Source: Candidatus Omnitrophota bacterium (GTDB lineage Bacteria > Ratteibacteria > UBA8468 > MWAK01). Taken from it: DNA of 40,712 bases. Location: the NCBI GenBank assembly GCA_043797665.1, contig JAZDPL010000029.1, positions 1 through 40,712 on the forward strand. Reading direction: 5' to 3'. Under the pieces are notes generated by a model. It had not been told where the DNA came from, did no database searches, and saw only the letters and a program-made list of their open reading frames with translations. Positions 34,361 through 40,712 of this stretch are shown here, piece after piece (position 1 is the first letter of the stretch; each line of letters starts with the position of its first letter). The position numbers were made by a program, and so were the translations under genes.

Positions 34361-35992
34361 TCACTGTTCCCTTCGTGTTTTGTTTGTGTTATTTGCAACC
34401 GAGGAAAAAATGAGGAATAGTACCATTGAAAAAATTATTCCTGATATAACTGAAGATATCGAGTGAGAAATTTGCGTCCTCAGATACATTCTGCCCTCCC
34501 AGTCTACATTTCTTCCCAGATTGTTGGTTATGAATACCCATCGGTTTATCAAGGGTACTATGTTGCTCATTATCCCCACAGTCACGCTGTATATGGTCAG
34601 AAGCTTGATGCCCTTTTTGTCATATTTGAACTCGTTTTTTGTGTATCTCAAAGGAAAGCACGCAAGAAAAACAAGCAAAAAGTACATTGTGAATGAAAAT
34701 GCAACAACAGAAAGGTCCTGTTGAGCAACACTCTTAAGGAGATTACCTGTCAGTCCCATAAGTATTCCTGCTGTTCCTGCGGTGAATACACCGACAAATC
34801 CAAATATTTCAAAATTTAGAAGACCTGTTTGTTGTTCTTCGATATCGGAACTGGAAGAGTCAAGAATTTTTAAGCGGCGTGAAAGTGCCGGGTGATAGGG
34901 AAGCCTACCCCGCGCACTGAAAATATTGAACGGCCGAAAAACTTCTAGAATGTGATGTCTTTTTACGTCAGTGAAACTCGATTCAGATGCAAACGAAAAA
35001 GAGGAATTTGAGCTTTTTTCTGCCAAGATAGACATTTTCAATATGGCATTTTTCAAAATATGGGCAGGGATATACCTGACAGCCACTAAATCTGCAAAAA
35101 CTTCGCATCGTTGCAAGCAAAGCGAAGCATACCGCCACCCCATACCGACAGCCACAAGAGAAGCAAATGATGTTATCAACAGCGTAAGGGGATATGGTAG
35201 AAAGTTCAATCGTTTCCCGACAGGTAGAAGCACATATCTTCCTTCCTGAAGAAAAAGGGTGAGTGCAATGAAGAGTGTAATCAAGAACCATCTATTCAAA
35301 ATCACTCTTGTAGCAAACGGAATGAAGTCATCTTTATTTGATACATGGCCGAATTCATGACATATGACAGCTTTCAGCTCATCAATTGAGATGACTCGTT
35401 TTGAAATGGCTTCTGGCATTCTGGCACCAAAAACAAGCAGAATAGTGCTCTTCATTCTTAAGACTGTACAATTGAAAGAAGAAAGCTGCGTGTTTCTTTT
35501 GTGAAAGAATCTAATTTCAACTTTTTCTTTCAGGGGCATGGCGGTTTTCACGCTGGTGACAGCATTTTCTATTTCTGCAATTCCACTCTTGAAATTTTCA
35601 TCTACATTAGATATAGAGGAAAGCGCAATATTGAGAAAACGGTTTTTGGTTGTGACATACAGGATAAGAGCAAGGAAAGGGAGAAATCCAAGAACATGAA
35701 TGCTTGCAATGTACAGAAAAAAATGCAAAAATCCAGCTTTTGTCTGTGTGTAGAGTTTGAAAGCAGAGGTGAATAACAAGGAGTAGAAACCTATTAATCC
35801 TTGTTCATTTCGAAGAACGCTGGTGGCATATGTCGCGAAAGGAACGAGGAGAAAGAATGAAAGAAGAATTTGAAAACCCAGCACATTTTCTGAAGTTCTG
35901 CTACCTTTTGAACTCCGAAGATACGCAGTGACGAAGAAGCTAATGATTAGAATGGGCGACGTATATATGATGAAAAATAGTAATGCAGCCAA
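34361..35992 (-). CDS. Multi-pass membrane zinc metallopeptidase, M48 (HtpX/Ste24)/M56-like
   Basis: ELKAVICHEFGH, E.FAD, HP....RL, many TM segments; TTG start behind AAGGAG. Confidence 0.85.
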   Translation of the reverse strand: MAALLFFIIYTSPILIISFFVTAYLRSSKGSRTSENVLGFQILLSFFLLVPFATYATSVLRNEQGLIGFYSLLFTSAFKLYTQTKAGFLHFFLYIASIHVLGFLPFLALILYVTTKNRFLNIALSSISNVDENFKSGIAEIENAVTSVKTAMPLKEKVEIRFFHKRNTQLSSFNCTVLRMKSTILLVFGARMPEAISKRVISIDELKAVICHEFGHVSNKDDFIPFATRVILNRWFLITLFIALTLFLQEGRYVLLPVGKRLNFLPYPLTLLITSFASLVAVGMGWRYASLCLQRCEVFADLVAVRYIPAHILKNAILKMSILAEKSSNSSFSFASESSFTDVKRHHILEVFRPFNIFSARGRLPYHPALSRRLKILDSSSSDIEEQQTGLLNFEIFGFVGVFTAGTAGILMGLTGNLLKSVAQQDLSVVAFSFTMYFLLVFLACFPLRYTKNEFKYDKKGIKLLTIYSVTVGIMSNIVPLINRWVFITNNLGRNVDWEGRMYLRTQISHSISSVISGIIFSMVLFLIFSSVANNTNKTRREQ

Positions 35993-36034
35993 TGTTTACT
36001 CCTTTTTAATAATATTTATCTCACGTTTTTCTAT

Positions 36035-37873
36035 CTAACTCGGAACGTTAAATATCATGACCGTCAATACCAATTCACGTTTCGGATCCCCAGGCTGGCG
36101 GAATATATAACGAAATTGAGTTGTATGGATGTTGGGTCCGATGTCAGCTTCTCTTTTATAACAAGCATGTTTTTTCACTACTTGGGGTATCATCGACTGT
36201 ATTCTACTCAAATCTCTGTCCTTATAAAATAATAAAATGGCTGTTTTGGTATCTCGCCAACTAACATAATTAAGAAGCTGGTCAATAGTTACTAAAAATT
36301 TCTTTTCTCCTCTCCAAAATTTACATTCCGCAATAAACACATTTTTCCCTTTCCAACGAATCAAAATATCAGTCTTTCCCTGATAATTGAAAGTTTCACC
36401 CGTAGCCTGTCCTTCATACTGTCCGTTTAGTTGAACCAAAAAGTGTTGCCGTAGATCCTCTTCCTTCATGTTTTTAAACGCACTTGGACTGCGTTCAATC
36501 ACCAATGCCATATTCTGAATAATTTCAAGTATGTTTTCGTATTCAGGTTCAAATTTTCCTGTTTTAACCTTCTTATTTTCCTCAAATTCTGAAAGAATTT
36601 TTTGGGTTGCAGAGCGTGATTCTTCGCGATTTCGTATATATGCAGGTTTGAGGGACTCCAGTATCTTCGCTTCCTCTCTTTTTGGAATATCTTCAAGTCG
36701 TTTATACTGTAAACTTGCATTTTTTAGATATAAAACGAAATTTTCTATAGCATCAAAAGCTTGTTTTCCCTGAATAAAGCCCATGTCTATTAAGGCTTTT
36801 TTTGTCTCTTCTATTTTTTTTGCTTGTTTTTCTATCTCTGCGAAATTAAATGTCATGGCGGCAACTATCTCTAAAAAACTAATTATTTTCTGCTTTCTCA
36901 ACGAAAGTATTTGGGGGAAAAGAAAATCTCTGGGTGTAAGTCCTAAGTCTGTGTTAATCTTTTCTGATTGTACCGCAACACTATGAGATACATTTAAGAT
37001 TTTTATAATCTCAGAAAAAGAATTTGCTTCAAATATCTCTTGAAGATAACTATCTAAATATAATATATGTCTCAAAACCCTCATTTCTGTTGCTATATTA
37101 CCCAGAAATGACGAAGGTCCTGCTTTTGGAAATGAAACAAAAGGTTTTTTAGTCTCACAAAACCTCTCATATAAATCTATGCTTTCATCCATGAGATGTT
37201 TTGCTTCTGTTACTTTATTCTCTCGCCAAAGGTATAACGAGTATATATATCGGCAAGTAAAAGTTTGGATGTCGAATGTCTTCATATAAATACTCGGGTT
37301 TTTTCGAATAAAGAATTTAAAGCATTCCAACGCTTTTTCAAAATTACACGTCAGCATGAAATATGTACCAAAATGACAGAGAAGGAATTGATTTCCGGGC
37401 ATGAGTTTTCTGGCCATTTGCAGATACTTGAACATTTCTTCGGATTGTCTTAATCTGCATGCTATAGAGCCGTTGATAACATTAGAAGCAAAATCATTAA
37501 ATCTATCCAGATACTTTTCAGCTTCCAAGAAAAATTTGATAGTTTCGGGTCCATCCTTTTCTTGTTTTTGAAAATATAATGAACCTTCAACGCTCATTAG
37601 TTCTGATAAAAACTCATGAATCATGCTACTATTGGGGTCGTATCGAAGTACATTATAAAGGATTTCGAATCCCTCCATTTCGAATAATTCGATTTGAGAA
37701 CGAACAAGTAAAATACGTGCATAATTTTTATCATTTTTAGTCATTACTCTTATAGATTTATCTTCTTCTTGTCCCAAAAACTTCTTAAGATAGTGTTTTG
37801 CCTGAGCATATTGATTGTTAAGAGTACATCCAATAGCTTTATTCAACAAGTCTAAATCTAATTTGTTTTTCAT
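36035..37873 (-). CDS. TPR-like protein with C-terminal PD-(D/E)XK nuclease-like domain
   Basis: Helical repeats (FEKALECF) at the N-terminus; C-terminal EEDLR...GETFN..GKTDILI.....FIAECKFW...QLL.Y..WRD. Confidence 0.7.
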   Translation of the reverse strand: MKNKLDLDLLNKAIGCTLNNQYAQAKHYLKKFLGQEEDKSIRVMTKNDKNYARILLVRSQIELFEMEGFEILYNVLRYDPNSSMIHEFLSELMSVEGSLYFQKQEKDGPETIKFFLEAEKYLDRFNDFASNVINGSIACRLRQSEEMFKYLQMARKLMPGNQFLLCHFGTYFMLTCNFEKALECFKFFIRKNPSIYMKTFDIQTFTCRYIYSLYLWRENKVTEAKHLMDESIDLYERFCETKKPFVSFPKAGPSSFLGNIATEMRVLRHILYLDSYLQEIFEANSFSEIIKILNVSHSVAVQSEKINTDLGLTPRDFLFPQILSLRKQKIISFLEIVAAMTFNFAEIEKQAKKIEETKKALIDMGFIQGKQAFDAIENFVLYLKNASLQYKRLEDIPKREEAKILESLKPAYIRNREESRSATQKILSEFEENKKVKTGKFEPEYENILEIIQNMALVIERSPSAFKNMKEEDLRQHFLVQLNGQYEGQATGETFNYQGKTDILIRWKGKNVFIAECKFWRGEKKFLVTIDQLLNYVSWRDTKTAILLFYKDRDLSRIQSMIPQVVKKHACYKREADIGPNIHTTQFRYIFRQPGDPKRELVLTVMIFNVPS

Positions 37874-38031
37874 ATCGCTTTATTTTATCACAAAAACAAA
37901 ACATTAGAACAATAAAAGCGCTCGCTTGGTTGATACCCATCTACCTCTGCCTGTGCTGTGTTGACTTTAATTCCGGATACTGCTAAAATAACTCCGGGAG
38001 TTAAACAGCAGAAATTGTCCAGGAGACCAAA

Positions 38032-39219
38032 ATGGCAAAAAAGAATAGTCTTGGGGAAAATTTATTCCTTGGGGTGCCAATTGCTATATTGAAAAACAAG
38101 ATTTTAGGAGTTCTTTTAGGGCTGATGTTAATAAGCAGTTTATCTTATGCTGTTGATATTAGCATTACTACTTTTCCTGAAGGTGCGTCGGTGTGGGGTA
38201 AGAAAAATGGGTTATCTGATAAGCTTATTGGCAATACACCTTTTACAACGTCAATATTAACTACAGTAAAAGTAACTGGAACTTATTCCACTTATTCGTG
38301 TGGGTTTTGGACGGGTGCGGACTTTAAACGGCATACCTTTTCTTCCCTCGTTCAAGATAACTTCCCTAATGGAATAATATTACAAATTGGAGGGAAAAAG
38401 TATATTAAAGATGAAATAACGAGAGGCAACCTCCAAAAACTTTATGGCTTGGCTGATTTTATTAAAGCAATGCGGGAATGTCCAAATTCCGGTGTTTGTT
38501 TAGGTACGGATGGACATAGTTCTTGGGATGAATCCGGTTTTTGTGATGCAGTGGAAATAAAAAGTGTAGAAATTACCAAAAGTTTTGATTACAATTTTAT
38601 TGTTATTAAAAAAGAAGGATATGAAAATTTATCAATTGAAATAGCAGAATTTGGAATCATGCATGATGTATCTATTTCTAAGAACCTAATAATGACCCCA
38701 AAATATTTCAGCGAAACAATGCTAACCTTAATTGCCAACAAAAAATATGAAGAAGCTGGAAGTCTTAGACAATATCAGACGGATGCCCTAAAAGCAGATC
38801 CTACTGAAGAACATAAAAGGCAACTTGCAAAACTCGAAAAACTGGTTGGTTTAGATAATTATAGCTTAATGATGTTAAGAGAAAAGTACGTGGCGGCAAT
38901 TGATAAAGAGGAATATGACAAAGCGCTAAAAATCAAGGAACTTATAGAAAAAGAAGAGGCTCAGTATAAACCAGAACTCGCACCAGCTCAGCCACAGACA
39001 ATTATAGTAACAGGAGGAGGACAAGGAGCTTCAGGCAGTACAACTTCAAGCGGTACGAGCAATGTTGTGGTCCAGCAAAAACCCTATTATGAATTGCATA
39101 ACATTGCAGAGGCTCTTGAAACAGCGAGAATAGTGGGAAAAAATCCGGATGCTTCTGTTTTAGAAAGGGCAGGAGCAGGTCTGCAGATTTTCGATGTATT
39201 GAAGAATCTTGGGAAATAG
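38032..39219 (+). CDS. Exported protein with an interrupted PEGA-like domain
   Basis: Signal peptide ending LSYA; I.T.PEGA.V...IG.TP, then IKKEGY more than 100 aa later; helical C-terminus. Confidence 0.65.
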   Translation: MAKKNSLGENLFLGVPIAILKNKILGVLLGLMLISSLSYAVDISITTFPEGASVWGKKNGLSDKLIGNTPFTTSILTTVKVTGTYSTYSCGFWTGADFKRHTFSSLVQDNFPNGIILQIGGKKYIKDEITRGNLQKLYGLADFIKAMRECPNSGVCLGTDGHSSWDESGFCDAVEIKSVEITKSFDYNFIVIKKEGYENLSIEIAEFGIMHDVSISKNLIMTPKYFSETMLTLIANKKYEEAGSLRQYQTDALKADPTEEHKRQLAKLEKLVGLDNYSLMMLREKYVAAIDKEEYDKALKIKELIEKEEAQYKPELAPAQPQTIIVTGGGQGASGSTTSSGTSNVVVQQKPYYELHNIAEALETARIVGKNPDASVLERAGAGLQIFDVLKNLGK

Positions 39220-39756
39220 CTTTATGTAATTCTAACTTCTTTTTTTTGATGTTCTTGAAAATCTCGGGAAATAGTACACAGAATAATATTCCTGGCGCAA
39301 CGTTATCCAGCCTAAAAGCATAAAAAATCATTTCAAGACAAGATTACCTTCCATTTTGGAATTTTTGCCCTCCTTTCAAATTGTATAGTTTTTTCTGTTT
39401 TGATTCAAGGATTTCCATGATTTACTGCAAAAGCTTTTCTCCGGTTAGAATTTAAGTTTGCTCGCAACTCCTCTTTTTGTAAGCAATTCTTCTATTTTTT
39501 TTCTCTTCATTGCCCAAGGGGTTGATTCGGGCTCTATTTAAACCATTCGTTCTGTGACTTAATTACTCGGGATATATATTGTTCCACACAAAAAACATAA
39601 AAGCCAATGTTGGGGTGGTTTTGAACATTTAAGTTTTTCGGTCTCACCTTCTTTTTTTCTGAAATAAGATAGCTCATAATTAACCTTTTTTGGAAGTTCC
39701 GTTCTCAAAAAAGGCGAAAGGCATAAATGAGCAATCCGAATCAATGCAGGAGCACA

Positions 39757-39915
39757 ATGAATCAAAAAAAATTATACGAAGAATTGAAAGTTATAGAGAA
39801 GTTACTCGGAATAGTAAATTCTGAGGAAGAATACAAGTTTCTTTTGCAGAGGAAGGGGGAAATCCTTTCTCTTTTATCTTTTTCATTTAATAACTTGAAA
39901 GGAGGTATACGATAA
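39757..39915 (+). CDS. Small hypothetical protein
   Basis: AGGAG RBS before MNQKK; translationally coupled to the next gene. Confidence 0.55.
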   Translation: MNQKKLYEELKVIEKLLGIVNSEEEYKFLLQRKGEILSLLSFSFNNLKGGIR

Positions 39916-39916
39916 A

Positions 39917-40204
39917 ATGGACGCGCAATATTATATCAATATGTATAAAGCATTGGTCAATAAATTGCAGGAGTCTGGTTTTAGTGGTACATCAGCATTT
40001 TTAGTTGCACCTGCGCTTTTACAGGAATTGAGCAAAGACAGAAGAGTTGAAGAGATGAAAGCAGACAGAGAAAAGGCAAAAGAAGAGCCTGCAACAGCAA
40101 AGCAGATTGCATATTTAAGGATATTAGGCAGAGATGTAGGGAATGGAACAACAAAGCAGCAAGCAGCAAGAATGATTGAAAAGGCGCTGCAATACAACAG
40201 ATAA
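39917..40204 (+). CDS. Hypothetical mobile-element protein with PATxKQxxYL helical motif
   Basis: AAGGAGGT RBS; PATAKQIAYL...TKQQAARMI. Confidence 0.75.
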   Translation: MDAQYYINMYKALVNKLQESGFSGTSAFLVAPALLQELSKDRRVEEMKADREKAKEEPATAKQIAYLRILGRDVGNGTTKQQAARMIEKALQYNR

Positions 40205-40205
40205 G

Positions 40206-40544
40206 ATGACAAATGACAATTTTTGGGATGATGCAGAAGTGATTTTCAGTTATACAGATGAACAAGCAGTTGAAGATGGTGTAGTCATTCCGGTAAAGTT
40301 CGGCAAGATAAACAGAGTTACGAGAACTATCCTTGATGATTTTATACCAGCAGGAACAGAGTCAACAGAGGTAGTAGAGTGTAAAGAGTTTTTTGCCTTG
40401 GCTGAAAAGATTACCAGGGAATTCCAGAGACAACACCAGGAAAAGGATGACTGGTTTTATAGTGTTAAGATTGACGGCAGTGAATACTTTGTAGTCTTGA
40501 ATGAAACTTACGGTTTTACAATGATGAAACCACAGGATTACTGA
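40206..40544 (+). CDS. DUF6573-like mobile-element protein
   Basis: VIFSYT..QAVEDG...V N-terminus and TMM.P.DY C-terminus. Confidence 0.7.
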   Translation: MTNDNFWDDAEVIFSYTDEQAVEDGVVIPVKFGKINRVTRTILDDFIPAGTESTEVVECKEFFALAEKITREFQRQHQEKDDWFYSVKIDGSEYFVVLNETYGFTMMKPQDY

Positions 40545-40601
40545 ATCCTTTTTTATTTTTTTATATTCAGAAAATTAAATTAAAGGGAGGTTTTAAGGAA
40601 G

Positions 40602-40712
40602 ATGGAAGACGATATAATGCAATGTGAAAATTGCGGTGAAAGCGGTAATGAGAATTTTGAAGGCGATGGTGAAGTTATTTGGTGCAAGAACTGTAAAGAG
40701 ATATGGCAGCAA
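40602..40712 (+). CDS. Zn-ribbon protein (truncated by the window edge)
   Basis: MEDDIMQCENCG...WCKNCKEIWQQ; GGAGG/AAGGAA upstream. Confidence 0.6.
   Translation, partial: MEDDIMQCENCGESGNENFEGDGEVIWCKNCKEIWQQ

Larger units (their letters stand above)
24673..40712. mobile_element. Integrative element/genomic island inserted at tRNA-Gln (right end outside the window)
   Basis: Serine recombinase abutting and overlapping the tRNA, abrupt shift to AT-rich sequence, accessory genes, and none of the host palindromic repeats seen. Confidence 0.85.

Noticed and set aside
39220..39726. Short minus-strand ORFs or a possible regulator remnant
   Set aside because: Only short frames with no recognisable motif; cannot be supported.
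24673..40712. Prophage
   Set aside because: No capsid, terminase, portal, tail or lysis genes are recognisable in the window; the element type stays open because its right part is missing.

Overview
The window has two parts. (1) Positions 1-24672 are GC-richer bacterial core genome. They carry two SurA/PrsA-type PPIases and a hybrid type IV pilus/type II secretion cluster (two PilB/GspE ATPases, PilT, PilC/GspF, GspG/H/I/J/K-like pilins). They also carry a two-gene nucleotidyltransferase toxin-antitoxin-like cassette, argS, rbfA, ftsK, a CCA/HD nucleotidyltransferase, leuA-leuC-orf-leuD-leuB and tRNA-Gln(CTG). This part is dotted with several families of palindromic repeats and MITE-like elements, some of which supply gene starts or ends. 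(2) From about 24673 to past the window end lies an AT-richer integrative element inserted at tRNA-Gln. Its large serine recombinase reads into the antisense strand of the tRNA. The best candidate for a new system is a tightly packed minus-strand operon (32592 to 26669). In order it encodes two C4 Zn-finger paralogs, an AN1-like Zn finger, a HerA/FtsK-like ATPase fusion, two paralogous small membrane peptides (one missed by the ORF track) flanking a Lys-rich protein, a ubiquitin-like protein ending in Gly, a Cys-type E2 and a JAB-E1 fusion with no canonical catalytic Cys. Its promoter carries four phased 11-bp repeats, and an M48 membrane protease, an OmpR-like winged-helix protein and a TPR-nuclease are encoded next to it. 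All family assignments come from motif recognition by eye; no searches were run.
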